A stretch of DNA of 63,514 nucleotides, filler included, from Chthonomonadaceae bacterium (GCA_035650735.1; 8 parts of 8 records of this genome joined end to end with filler, not necessarily neighbours in it); one strand, 5' to 3'. Positions 1 through 9,541 are shown, numbered from the whole stretch's first letter. A program made the numbers and translations. Notes: generated by a model from the letters alone, not told the origin.

Positions 1-10
1 ACCCGGCTGT

Positions 11-160
11 GCCCGGCCCTAAAGGACCGGGCTGTGGGCGGCAAGCCCCCTGAAGGGGGCTAACCTTCCTTCTTATAGCTCCTATAGGGGGCTAACCCAC
101 CCCTCGTAGCCCGCTTGAGCGGGCTTGCCGTCCGCAGCCCACCCCTTCAGGGGTGGCTGC
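11..160. repeat. REP/REPIN-like inverted pair of GC-rich palindromes
   Basis: Hairpins GCCCGGCCCTAAAGGACCGGGC and AGCCCCCTGAAGGGGGCT (11-61) are mirrored by AGCCCGCTTGAGCGGGCT and CACCCCTTCAGGGGTG (107-156). The linkers GGGCTGTGGGCGGCAAGCCC and GGGCTTGCCGTCCGCAGCCC are imperfect inverted copies. Confidence 0.7.
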
Positions 161-205
161 CAGAAGTTAGCGTACACACTCCGAGAGCAGGAGAAGTTCA
201 CGTCG

Positions 206-592
206 GTGCGTCTCTTTGTCCTCTCCAATCGCAGATTGGCTCGCGCGCAAGCCGCGTTCGTGGCGCTGCTCTACGTGTTTCTCTGCACGTTCGGCACGCT
301 GACCCATACGCACGCCACGCTGCGCGGGGAGACGGAGTCGGCGGGGTTTGCTGCCTCCGTCTCTGAAAGCAAAGCACCCCGCCAGGCGGCGATCTCCGCC
401 GGGCGAGTCCATCCCCAGATCGCTTACTGCGGATTCTGCGAGTGGCAGGCCAACAGCGTCTCCGCCGCTTTGACGCCTTTCCACATCACGCGCCCGGTTC
501 TCCGGCGCGTCCTTGTTCTGCTGCCTCTGCCCGCCCTGCTGCACTCCACCTATCTAGCGGGCTTCTCCTCGCGCGCGCCGCCTCTCGCGTAA
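206..592 (+). CDS. DUF2946-like (CutF/CruR-type) exported leader protein with CxxC and C-terminal RAPP motif
   Basis: GTG at 206 with AGGAG upstream. Hydrophobic N-terminal segment followed by HTH (His-x-His), then CGFC (428-439), and the protein ends SSRAPPLA*. Lies directly upstream of the TonB operon. Confidence 0.75.
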   Translation: MRLFVLSNRRLARAQAAFVALLYVFLCTFGTLTHTHATLRGETESAGFAASVSESKAPRQAAISAGRVHPQIAYCGFCEWQANSVSAALTPFHITRPVLRRVLVLLPLPALLHSTYLAGFSSRAPPLA

Positions 593-630
593 CCCCTACT
601 CTACTTCCTTAGTTCTCGCCACCGCCAGGC

Positions 631-692
631 TGCTTCAAAAATAGCCCTTGTGCGCGGACGATTTCTGTCCGCTTTCGTGCTGTTTTGAGGCA
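631..692 (+). promoter_or_regulatory. Long stem-loop between RAPP leader and exbB
   Basis: TGCTTCAAAAATAGC pairs with GCTGTTTTGAGGCA (G-U allowed) and encloses an inner GCGGAC/GTCCGC stem. Confidence 0.45.
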
Positions 693-854
693 ACGCCGTT
701 GTGTGCGGCCCTGCCGAGCGCGTCACCGTTACGCCTGTCTGCCGGCAGCGTGCTTGTTTACCTGCCGTCTGGTGTGGGCTACATTCTGAGGGATGAAAGC
801 GACTTGCTTTGTTCATCCTTCCGCCTTCCTCCTTCATCCTTATAAAGAGAGGCC

Positions 855-1487
855 GTGTTCATGTCTGCCGTCCTGACCTTTATCAAAAACGGCGGGGTGA
901 TGATGTACCCGCTGATCCTGTGTTCGATTGCATTGATTGCCATTGCCATCGAGCGCGCTATCTCCTTGCGCAAGGCCGCAGTGGACGGAGATAACCTGCT
1001 CGATATGGTGAAGGCTACCTATAAACCAAACTCCGAATCCGACAGAGCGAAAGCCATTGCCATCTGCGAGAGCATTGGCGGGCCGGTGGGCCGCATGTTC
1101 GCGCGCGGCCTGAAGAATGCGCACCGCCCTGCCGACGCCATTGAAATGGCGATGGAGCAGGAGGCCGCCAACGAGATTCCGCAGTTGGAAGCGTATCTGC
1201 CTGCCCTGAAAACCATTGTCAATATCTCGCCGCTGCTGGGACTGCTTGGCACCATCGCAGGCATGATCGCCTCGTTCCATGCCGCCTCGCAGAGCGGCCT
1301 GTCGAACCCGACGCAGGTGCTCGCCGGCATCTCCGAGGCCCTGGTTTCGACGGCGACCGGCATCAGCCTGGCGGTGCTTGGCTTCCTTTGCTATAACTAC
1401 TTCGCCAACCTGTCCAAGAAGATCGTCGAGGACATGGAGTACTATGGCTCGGAGCTGGTCAACTTCCTGACCGGGCGCGTGGATTAA
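855..1487 (+). CDS. exbB: MotA/TolQ/ExbB proton channel protein
   Basis: Motifs GGVMMYPL, PLLGLLGTIAGMI and GISEALVSTATG. Start is GTG 855 or ATG 861. Confidence 0.9.
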   Translation: MFMSAVLTFIKNGGVMMYPLILCSIALIAIAIERAISLRKAAVDGDNLLDMVKATYKPNSESDRAKAIAICESIGGPVGRMFARGLKNAHRPADAIEMAMEQEAANEIPQLEAYLPALKTIVNISPLLGLLGTIAGMIASFHAASQSGLSNPTQVLAGISEALVSTATGISLAVLGFLCYNYFANLSKKIVEDMEYYGSELVNFLTGRVD

Positions 1488-1501
1488 GGGGGCAGACGCC
1501 G

Positions 1502-1921
1502 ATGGCAATGCGGAAACGGGTGCGCATCGCGCGCCGAAAGCCCGTTGAAGAGGCAGAGATTATCGTCATTCCCATGATTGACGTGATGATGTTCCTGCTC
1601 TTCTTCTTTATGGTGGCCTCGCTGGCGATGGTCGTCCAGAGCGGCCTGCCGGTCAACCTGCCCAAAGCCTCTACCGCGAACGAGCACTCTTCGCAGAACG
1701 TGACCATCACCATCATGGCCGATAATCGCATCTTCCTCAACACTAAGCCGACGACCCTGGAGAACATAAAGACCGGCCTGGAGGCGCTCAAGGTCGGCGC
1801 GAACAACCTGGTCATCATCAACGCCGATAAGCGCGTGCTGCACGGGCTGGTGGTCGGCGCCATGGATGAGGCGCGCAAGGCGGGCGTCACCCGCTTCGCC
1901 ATCGCCACCGACCGGGGGTAA
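1502..1921 (+). CDS. exbD: ExbD/TolR biopolymer transport protein
   Basis: Motifs IIVIPMIDVMMFLLFFFMV, VNLPKA and INADK. Confidence 0.92.
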   Translation: MAMRKRVRIARRKPVEEAEIIVIPMIDVMMFLLFFFMVASLAMVVQSGLPVNLPKASTANEHSSQNVTITIMADNRIFLNTKPTTLENIKTGLEALKVGANNLVIINADKRVLHGLVVGAMDEARKAGVTRFAIATDRG

Positions 1922-1927
1922 CACGCC

Positions 1928-2764
1928 ATGCGACGCAGAAGACACCAGAAAAACCCGCTCCTGATGCGTATTATAGGCATCTCCATCCTCGTGCATATCG
2001 TGGCGCTACCCGTCCTGGCGCATTTCGGGACGTTCAAAAGGATACAGCAGCATTTCATCGAGACGCGCATGGTGGTGCTGCCCCCACCCCAGCCGATAAA
2101 GGAGAAGCCGGAGGTCAAGAAAGTGCAGCGCACAGCGCACAAGCCTGCACCGACCGCCAAAAAGAGCGCTTCCACGACGCCGCACCAACATCAGGCGGCC
2201 CACAGGAGCAACCTGAATCAGCCGAAGGTCATTGCCAGCGCGGGCAATGCCGGCGGGGAAGAAAACAACAGTGAGTCGACGGTAGACGCCAACGGCACCG
2301 GCAAGGCGGGCCAACTGCCGACGGAAAAGGCAGACACCACGCCGCCGACGGTCAAGCAAGAGACGCCGCCTCCGCCAGAGAAGAAGGAGGAGCCTAAGCC
2401 GACGCCCGCGCCGCCCCAGATCGCCCGCAATGAGGCGCCCAAAGAGGAATCGCCCAAACCCGCGCCGATGCCGGAGGTCAAGAAAGCGCCGGTCTTTGTG
2501 GAGGCCGAGGCTATCTACGCGCCGCAGCCGACCATTCCCGACGACCTGCGCAGCGATGCGCTGGACAAGACCTTCGTCGCCGAGTTCACCGTCTCGCCCG
2601 ACGGCACGCCAACCGACATCAAGGTTTCCCAATCCACCGGCAACGACGAGCTGGATCGCCTCGCCCTGGAAGCGGCCCGGAAGTGGAAGTTCAAGCCGGC
2701 CACCCGCGACGGCCAGCCCATCGAGAGCCGCGTGCGCCTGCATATCGAGTTCCAGGTGAGTTGA
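1928..2764 (+). CDS. tonB: Energy transducer TonB
   Basis: N-terminal TM with SxxxH (ISILVH), Pro/Lys/Glu-rich linker, and TonB C-domain (STGNDELDRLALEAARKWKFKPA). Confidence 0.9.
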   Translation: MRRRRHQKNPLLMRIIGISILVHIVALPVLAHFGTFKRIQQHFIETRMVVLPPPQPIKEKPEVKKVQRTAHKPAPTAKKSASTTPHQHQAAHRSNLNQPKVIASAGNAGGEENNSESTVDANGTGKAGQLPTEKADTTPPTVKQETPPPPEKKEEPKPTPAPPQIARNEAPKEESPKPAPMPEVKKAPVFVEAEAIYAPQPTIPDDLRSDALDKTFVAEFTVSPDGTPTDIKVSQSTGNDELDRLALEAARKWKFKPATRDGQPIESRVRLHIEFQVS

Positions 2765-4205
2765 TGCTGCGAGGTAGATTACCTAACCCCCCGACCCCCA
2801 CTGCTAGGGTCGGCGCTCAACGGTTCGCGCCTCCGCCTAACGACCCTAAGAGGGAAGGGAGGGACCCGACTTCGTGCGCTTCTCCTGCACTTCCCCACTC
2901 TTTTTGCCGTACAAAGGCGAGAGGGCAGAGATGGCATTCAAAGCTCCGCACCTCCGTCCCAGAGGAAAAGGGTTTGAGGGATGAGGGGGCGAGCAAGGGA
3001 GCGTATCAACCTGGGCCACCCCCTTCCCTTCCAGGGAGGGGGGCCGGAGGGTTAGGTGCAACACCAGGGAAGGGGGCCGGGGGGTTAGGACTCCTTCTCC
3101 TGCTTTTGCTGCTCTGCTGCCGGGCGCAGGCGCGTGGATTGGAGCGGGTGCGCTTTGTGGTGGTGGATGCGGTCACGCGCCAGCCTGTCGCCGGGGCGCG
3201 CGTGACTATCGAGGATGGGGCCGGCGTCCGTCCGGTCTGCACCCTCATCGCCGGTTGGGAGCCATCAGGCAAAACGCCGATCTTTAATCTGCGGGCCTGG
3301 ACGGTGGATTACATGGCGGGCGGCGTCTCCCCAACCGTCATCGTCCTGCCGGTCGGGACCGGCGTAACGCTCCAGGGGCAGACGCAGCCGCCCGTCAAGG
3401 AGATCTATATCAAGGTGACGGCCACGCGCCTGATCCCCCAGCACGCCAACCCCATTGCGCCCGGAACCACGCTCAACCGCCAAGAGATCACCAGCAAGGC
3501 CGGCGTGGGCGGCAATATCAATCGCGTGATCGAGGGCACGACCGGCGTGGCCTCCGACTCCGCCGGCCAGCAGCACGTCCGGGGCGAGCACGCCGACATC
3601 TCCTACGTGGTGGACGGCGTGCCGCTGCCCGATACGCTTTCCGGGCGGCAGGGATCGGTCGTTGTGCCCGCCACCATCCAGCGGCTGGAGATCCTGACCG
3701 GGGGCTTTGCGCCGGAGTTCGGAGGGCAGACCGCTGCCATCCTCAACGTCACGACGCTCCCCGGCGTGCGCAAAGGTCGCAGCAACCTGGCCTTTCAGGG
3801 TGGCAGCTACGACACCACAAACGGCGACTTCACGGCACTGGGGCCTCTGGGTAAGTACGCCAACTACGTGATCGATCTTGCCGCCACACGCACGCGCAAC
3901 TGGCTGGAGCCGCCCCAGCCCGACGACCAGACGGCGCACAACGCCGGCTCCTCCTTAAGCTACTTCACCAAGCTGCACTATACGCCGGGCCGCCGCGACA
4001 TACTCAACCTGACCCTGAGCCGCAATCCCGATACCTTCCAGGTCGCCAATCGGACTGGACTGCCGGCCTCGTTCGAACAGGCGGGACAGGGCTTCGGCTT
4101 CCTGGGCCTGCGCAACGCCAACGGTGTTCGCCCGGATGTGACCTCGGAGAACGCCGACCTGCTCGGCGCGCAGACTATTCCGCTGCCCTCCCAGCAGGCG
4201 GCGGG
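2764..4205 (+). CDS. TonB-dependent receptor, N-terminal part (plug); truncated by contig end
   Basis: ATG overlaps the tonB stop (TGATG). Signal h-region L8CCRAQA. Plug motifs HVRGEHADISYVVDGVP and LEILTGGFAPEFGGQTAAILNVTT. Confidence 0.85.
2782..3089. repeat. CCTAACCCC...GGGGTTAGG palindromic repeat (family A), inside the TBDR reading frame
   Basis: Same termini and CCCCTTCCC/GGGAAGGGG arms as the copies at 7197 and 40670. Contains a family B element at 2800-2844. Confidence 0.85.
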
Positions 4206-4305
4206 NNNNNNNNNNNNNNNNNNNNNNNNNNNNNNNNNNNNNNNNNNNNTTAATTAATTAANNNNNNNNNNNNNNNNNNNNNNNNNNNNNNNNNNNNNNN
4301 NNNNN
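4206..4305. other. Artificial contig linker (first of seven)
   Basis: N-run, TTAATTAATTAA (stops in all frames), N-run. Identical at the six other positions given in the summary. Confidence 0.98.
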
Positions 4306-4339
4306 ATTGGGCTTGGATTGGGGCATAATCCGGATGCAT
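4306..4339 (-). CDS. 5' end of an unidentified gene (MHPDYAPIQAQ...), truncated by contig end
   Basis: AAGGAGG about 10 nt upstream of an ATG on the minus strand. Confidence 0.4.
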
Positions 4340-4618
4340 GTGCAAGCGACCTCCTTACGGGTAATTGAGCCTGGTAACTCACATCTACCGCAGGAGGTCG
4401 CTTGTGTCGAGTCATGCTAAAATTCGCGATGACTCATGTTTGCCATAACCAGGTTTCTCCTTATGCCGTCTGCGCCTTCTGGCCGGAGAGTTTCCGGAAA
4501 GCGCAGGAATACCGTGCCCGCCGCCGAATCAGACAGATACAAGCGTGCTCCTGGCAGCGTCGCCACGAGCGTCTGCCCCACACGGGGAGGGAAACGCAAA
4601 TCCGCAAGGAGGTTCTCC

Positions 4619-7153
4619 ATGAAGGACTACGAACCGCTTGATCTGTCTGCACTCTATAACGCCGGGCCGGAGGTCTGCGGCCCGGAGCGCAAGCCGGCCC
4701 TCGGCGCGCAGACGTTTCACGGCCTGCCGTTCCAGATCGGCGAGGGCGAGCGCAGCTTTATCGCCTTTGGTCCCAAGACGTCCAATCCCCCGCAGCCCCT
4801 CTCCATTCCCATCGGGCAGACGGCGCGGCGCATCCTCTTTGCCCATGTGCTGCTGGAAAGCCGCCTCCATGAGGGCGACCCCGTAGGCCGTGAGGTCGCG
4901 CGCTATGCCTTCGTCTTTGCAGATGGCGAGCGCGTGGAAGTCCCCATCCGCGAGCGATTCGAGATCGCCGTCATCCCGACCGCCTGGGGCGAGCTGCCGT
5001 TCCTGGCCGTACCGGATAGCAAAGACAGTCTGGCTGACCGCTATCAGGGCGAATGGGGCGCGACCGGCTTCCGCCAGACCGAGGCGCGGCAGGCGTGGCC
5101 GCGCGACTACTACCTCTGGGCCTGGGAGAACCCGCGTCCCGATGTCCCGGTGGATAGCGTGGAGATCGTTCCCGCAGAGGCCGAACCCCTCTCCTTCCTG
5201 ATTGCCGCCATCACGCTCGGCCACGTAGAGGAGGAGCCGTTCCGCCGCAGCGCCGGCCTGCCCGTCAAGCTGACCCTGCCGAAAGAGGAGGACACCGCCA
5301 AGCCGTTCGCTCTGGCCGTCGAGGTGGATCGCGGCGTCGCCACCTACCCTTACGCCCTGCCGGAGCAGCCCGCCGACGCCTTTATCGGCGACCCGCAAAA
5401 AGGCTGGGGCGAGAAGCAGAACCCGGCCAATAGCCCGGCCTATACCGAGATAGCGGCCATCCCCTCCGCTACCGTCACGGTCAAGCGCAACGAGGAGACA
5501 TTGGGCAGCGCCAACTGGGGCGAGTTGGAGGAGAAGCGCGTTGTGGAGACGGAGCGCGTCCGCTTTGAGGTCGTGGATACCGGGCGCAACTGGGTGCATA
5601 CGACCGTCGTGGACGCCGATACCGAGCAGCCCATCCCCTGCCGCATCCACTTCCGCGCCCCCAACGGCATTCCCTACGCGCCGCACGGCCACCACGCCCA
5701 CGTCAACTCCAACCTGGGCACCTGGCACATTGATGTGGGCGGCGACGTGCGCCTGGGCCAGATCACCTATGCCTATATAGACGGCAAATGCCAGGGCTGG
5801 CTGCCGCGCGGAGAGGTTATCGTGGATGTGGCGCGCGGCTATGAGTACGAGCCGCTGCGCGCCAGAGTCGAGATCCAGCCCGGCCAGCGCGAACTGACTC
5901 TGCACCTCAAACGCAACGACAACCTCAACGCCGAGCGCTACTTCAGCGGCGACACGCACGTGCACTTCCTCTCCACGCAGGGCGCGATCACCGAGGCCGC
6001 CGCCGAAGACCTGGATGTGGTGAACCTGCTGCTCTCGCAATGGGGCCACCTGTTCACCAACACGGAGGAGTTCATCGGGCGTCCGGTGGAGTCGGGCGAC
6101 CGGGAGACCATCGTCTACGCCACGCAAGAGAACCGGCAGCATCTGCTCGGCCATCTGACCCTATTGGGCCTGAAGGAGCCGGTCATGCCCTGGTGCTCGG
6201 ACGGCCCCAGTGAGGCCGAGCTTGGCGGCAACCTGGAAACCACGCTCTCCTACTGGGCCGACGCCTGCCACGCACAGGGCGGCACCGTCGTCATTCCCCA
6301 CCTGCCCAATCCCAACGGCGAGCCTGCCGCCCTCATCGCCACCGGACGCGCCGATGCCGTCGAGATGCTAGTGCATAACCCCTTCTTCCACCTGGAGTAC
6401 TACCGCTACCTCAACGGCGGCTATCGCCTGCCGCTGGCAGGGGGCACCGACAAGATGGACAGCGGCGTGCCGGTCGGCCTCTACCGCACCTACGCCTACA
6501 TCCCGCCCGACGAGCCGTTCACCTATGACAACTGGTGCAAGGCGCTGCGCAGCGGCAATACCTTCCTCTCCGGCGGGCCGCTGCTGCGCTTCACGGTCAA
6601 CGGCGAGCCGATAGGCAGCACGGTCCGGCTCGGCAGGGACGGCGGCACCGTGGAGATCGAGGCCGTGGCATCCAGCATCTTCCCGATCCACACGCTGGAG
6701 ATCGTGCAGGGCGTGGGCTGCCAGGGCGGGGGCGGGGAGCAGTTCCGCATCGTCGCCTCTACGGAGGAGGCCAACGGTACACGGGAGCTGCGCCTGCAAA
6801 CCACGCTCAAGATAGACGGCACGACCTGGCTGTGCGCCCGCTGTGCCGGGCCGAACTATACCGCCGTTAAGCACTATGATAGCTGGGGCCGGGGCATCAT
6901 GGCGCACACTTCACCGATCTACCTGGCCTGCGGCGGCGACTATGACCTGTTCAGCCCGCAGACCGCCCACTACATGCTGACTCTGCTCGACGGCAGCCTG
7001 CAATACATCCGGCAGCGCGCTCCGCAGTGGCGGCCCGGCACGGTCACGCACCACCACGGCGAGCACGACCACCAGGCGTTCCTGGAGCGCCCGTTCCAAG
7101 AGGCTATTGCCGCCCTGCACCAGAAGCTGCACGAGCACGGCATCCCGCATTAG
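4619..7153 (+). CDS. CehA/McbA-family (PHP-like) metallohydrolase
   Basis: GGAGG RBS. Metal-binding motifs SGDTHVH, QENRQHLLGH, VVIPH and AGGTD, plus the C-terminal AHTSPIY typical of this family. Confidence 0.75.
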   Translation: MKDYEPLDLSALYNAGPEVCGPERKPALGAQTFHGLPFQIGEGERSFIAFGPKTSNPPQPLSIPIGQTARRILFAHVLLESRLHEGDPVGREVARYAFVFADGERVEVPIRERFEIAVIPTAWGELPFLAVPDSKDSLADRYQGEWGATGFRQTEARQAWPRDYYLWAWENPRPDVPVDSVEIVPAEAEPLSFLIAAITLGHVEEEPFRRSAGLPVKLTLPKEEDTAKPFALAVEVDRGVATYPYALPEQPADAFIGDPQKGWGEKQNPANSPAYTEIAAIPSATVTVKRNEETLGSANWGELEEKRVVETERVRFEVVDTGRNWVHTTVVDADTEQPIPCRIHFRAPNGIPYAPHGHHAHVNSNLGTWHIDVGGDVRLGQITYAYIDGKCQGWLPRGEVIVDVARGYEYEPLRARVEIQPGQRELTLHLKRNDNLNAERYFSGDTHVHFLSTQGAITEAAAEDLDVVNLLLSQWGHLFTNTEEFIGRPVESGDRETIVYATQENRQHLLGHLTLLGLKEPVMPWCSDGPSEAELGGNLETTLSYWADACHAQGGTVVIPHLPNPNGEPAALIATGRADAVEMLVHNPFFHLEYYRYLNGGYRLPLAGGTDKMDSGVPVGLYRTYAYIPPDEPFTYDNWCKALRSGNTFLSGGPLLRFTVNGEPIGSTVRLGRDGGTVEIEAVASSIFPIHTLEIVQGVGCQGGGGEQFRIVASTEEANGTRELRLQTTLKIDGTTWLCARCAGPNYTAVKHYDSWGRGIMAHTSPIYLACGGDYDLFSPQTAHYMLTLLDGSLQYIRQRAPQWRPGTVTHHHGEHDHQAFLERPFQEAIAALHQKLHEHGIPH

Positions 7154-7196
7154 CGCTTCCCTGCCGTTCTCGATAGCGGGCGAATGAGTTCTTTTA

Positions 7197-7596
7197 CCTA
7201 ACCCCCCGGCCCCCTTCCCTACTCGCTCATTCCTCGCTAGGGAAGGGGGGGACCCGACTTCTTTTCCCCCTTCTCCCTGCTAGGGAGAAGGGCCGGGGAT
7301 GAGGGGAGAACCTAGCTTCTTCTCTCCCCTCTCCTAGAATTGGGGATCGCCAGGCGGAGGCCCGAACCATTGCAGGGCCGACCCTGGCAGTAGGTTGGGG
7401 GTGGGGGCCGCGCCCCTCTCCCGCAGCGTGGATCGCCAGGCGGAGGGGTGTCGCAAGGCGGAGCCGGAGGCCGTAACTCCGGCGACCCTTGCAGTGGGCC
7501 GAACCATTGCAGGCCCGACCCTAGCAGTCCGTTGAGCGGCGTCCCTTGCCGTCCGTTGAGCCCCGACCCTGGCAGTAGGGGGATAGGGGGTGAGGG
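7197..7596. repeat. Family A modular palindromic repeat with nested family B elements (7346-7391, 7432-7576)
   Basis: Repeated CCCCT(T)CTCCC-N-GGGAGA(A)GGG-N-GGGGTGAGGG units, closely similar to 40670-41031. Confidence 0.9.
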
Positions 7597-7643
7597 CTTT
7601 AGCCGCCCGAAAGGAAAACGCTCGAACGAACAGGAGCCGCTCC

Positions 7644-9470
7644 ATGCTCAGCCGATACAACCCGATAGAGGTCGAAGCCGCCTTGCAGGCCGCTTCCGTC
7701 CCGCCGCCGTTTCCCCCGGCTGCCGACCGTGCGGCCTGGCAGGAGATACGCTCTGCAATCGGGGAAGACAAGGCCGCGCGGATTGTCGCGCAGGCGGGGG
7801 CCGAGGCGCAGCGTCCTGTTCCGGCTCTGCCTGCCACGCTCTATCTGGACTGCCAGCGCACCGGCGAGCGCAAGGGGTATGAGATTCCCTACTCGGTCCG
7901 TCGGAGTATGCTGAGCCGCCTGGCGCTGGCCGAGTGCCTGGAAGGGCAGGGCCGCTTCCTCGATCCGCTGCTGGATGTCGCCTGGGCGATCTGCGAGGAG
8001 AGCAGTTGGGCCTATCCGGCCCATCAGATCACCCTGGCCGACGTGGAGCGGCCCGTCCTGGACCTGGGCGCGGCGATGACGGCGCTGGACCTGGCGGAAC
8101 TGGACCTGCTGCTCGGCTCCGTGCTCGACCCGGCGCTGGGCCGACGCCTCCGCTACGAAATCAACCGCCGCTGCCTGACGCCCTATCTGACCCGGCACGA
8201 CTACTTCTGGCTGCATAATCATGGGGAGAGCACCGTCAACAACTGGACGGCGGTGTGCAGCGCGGGGGTCGTGGGCGCGGCGCTCTACCTGGAGCCGGAT
8301 CGGGCGCGTCTGGCCGAGATCGTGGCGCGCGCCGCCCGCTCCCTGGACGACTATCTCTCCACCTTCGACCCGGACGGCGGCTCTACGGAAGGGCCGGGGT
8401 ACTGGGCTTACGGGTTCGGCTACTATGTCCTGCTGGCTCACCTGGTCGAGCAGCGCACCCAGAACCAGGTCAGCTTCCTGGAAGGCGACCTCGTGCGCCA
8501 GATCGCTCAGTTTCCCCTGCGCACAATGCTCAGCTCTGACCATTACGTCAACTTCTCCGACGCCCCGCGCGACATCCATTTCCACCCGGCGCTGCTCTGC
8601 TACCTGGGCCGTCGGCTCGACCTGCCCGACCTCCTGCGCTTGGCCGGTCAACAGCCCGCCGATGCCGATTCCACCGGATCGCTCGCCTGGGAATTGCGAC
8701 GACTGGTCTGGCGTCCCACCCCGGAGCCATTGGAAAAGTTCATTCCTACGCGGCACGACTGGTTCCGGGGCATGATGTGGATGATCGCCCGCTACGATCC
8801 AGTAGATCCGAACGCGCTTGTCCTGGCCGCCAAAGGCGGGCACAACGATGAGATGCACAATCATAACGATGTCGGGACCTTTATCGTGCATCTTGGCGGC
8901 GAGTCGATGATCGCCGATGTCGGCTGCGGACGCTACACGCGCGCCTACTTCAGCCCCACCCGCTACGAGCACTTCGCCGCCTCCGCGCTGGGCCATTCCG
9001 TCCCCGTTCCCAACGGGCAGGTGCAGCGGCCCGGCAGGAACTATGCCGCCGCCTTGCGGGAACATCGCGCGGACGCGACCATAGACCTGCTGGCGCTGGA
9101 GATGAAGGACGCCTATCCTGCGGAGTCGGACCTGGCCTCGCTGTGGCGAACCATCGCCCTGCATCGGGAGCCGCCGCGCGGGCGCGTGGAGTTGGTGGAC
9201 GAGGTGCGCTTTGCTACTGCGCCCGGACATCTGGAGAGCGTGCTGACGACGTTCGGGCAGGTGGAGATCGGCGCGGACGCGGTGCTGCTGCGGGGCGAGC
9301 ATGGGGCGCTGCGGATCGGCTTTGATGCCGCGACGGTTACGCCGCGCGTGGAATGGGTGCCGCAGGTGGACCTGGCGGAAGGGCCGAGGGATGTGCAGCG
9401 CGTCGTGTTTGCGCTGTCAGAACCGGCGCGCGAGGCCGTCATTCGCCTCGACATTCAGCCCGCCGGATAG
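7644..9470 (+). CDS. Heparinase II/III-family protein (putative oligosaccharide lyase)
   Basis: AGGAG RBS. Motifs ICEESSWAYPAH, NNWTAVC, DGGSTEGPGYWAYG and KGGHNDEMHNHNDVG. Confidence 0.85.
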   Translation: MLSRYNPIEVEAALQAASVPPPFPPAADRAAWQEIRSAIGEDKAARIVAQAGAEAQRPVPALPATLYLDCQRTGERKGYEIPYSVRRSMLSRLALAECLEGQGRFLDPLLDVAWAICEESSWAYPAHQITLADVERPVLDLGAAMTALDLAELDLLLGSVLDPALGRRLRYEINRRCLTPYLTRHDYFWLHNHGESTVNNWTAVCSAGVVGAALYLEPDRARLAEIVARAARSLDDYLSTFDPDGGSTEGPGYWAYGFGYYVLLAHLVEQRTQNQVSFLEGDLVRQIAQFPLRTMLSSDHYVNFSDAPRDIHFHPALLCYLGRRLDLPDLLRLAGQQPADADSTGSLAWELRRLVWRPTPEPLEKFIPTRHDWFRGMMWMIARYDPVDPNALVLAAKGGHNDEMHNHNDVGTFIVHLGGESMIADVGCGRYTRAYFSPTRYEHFAASALGHSVPVPNGQVQRPGRNYAAALREHRADATIDLLALEMKDAYPAESDLASLWRTIALHREPPRGRVELVDEVRFATAPGHLESVLTTFGQVEIGADAVLLRGEHGALRIGFDAATVTPRVEWVPQVDLAEGPRDVQRVVFALSEPAREAVIRLDIQPAG

Positions 9471-9541
9471 CGCTCCCCGCAATGGCGGCCTGGCACAATG
9501 ACCCACCACTGCGGAAGCGTGACCAACCCAATATCCGACCT

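Noticed and set aside
4206..4305. TTAATTAATTAA inside N-runs, seven times
   Set aside because: Artificial contig-joining linker. ORFs and gene clusters crossing these positions are not real.
7334..7882. ORFs spanning repeat clusters (also 40770-41303, 37664-38298, 55234-55551)
   Set aside because: Translations of GC-rich palindromic repeats with no protein motifs.
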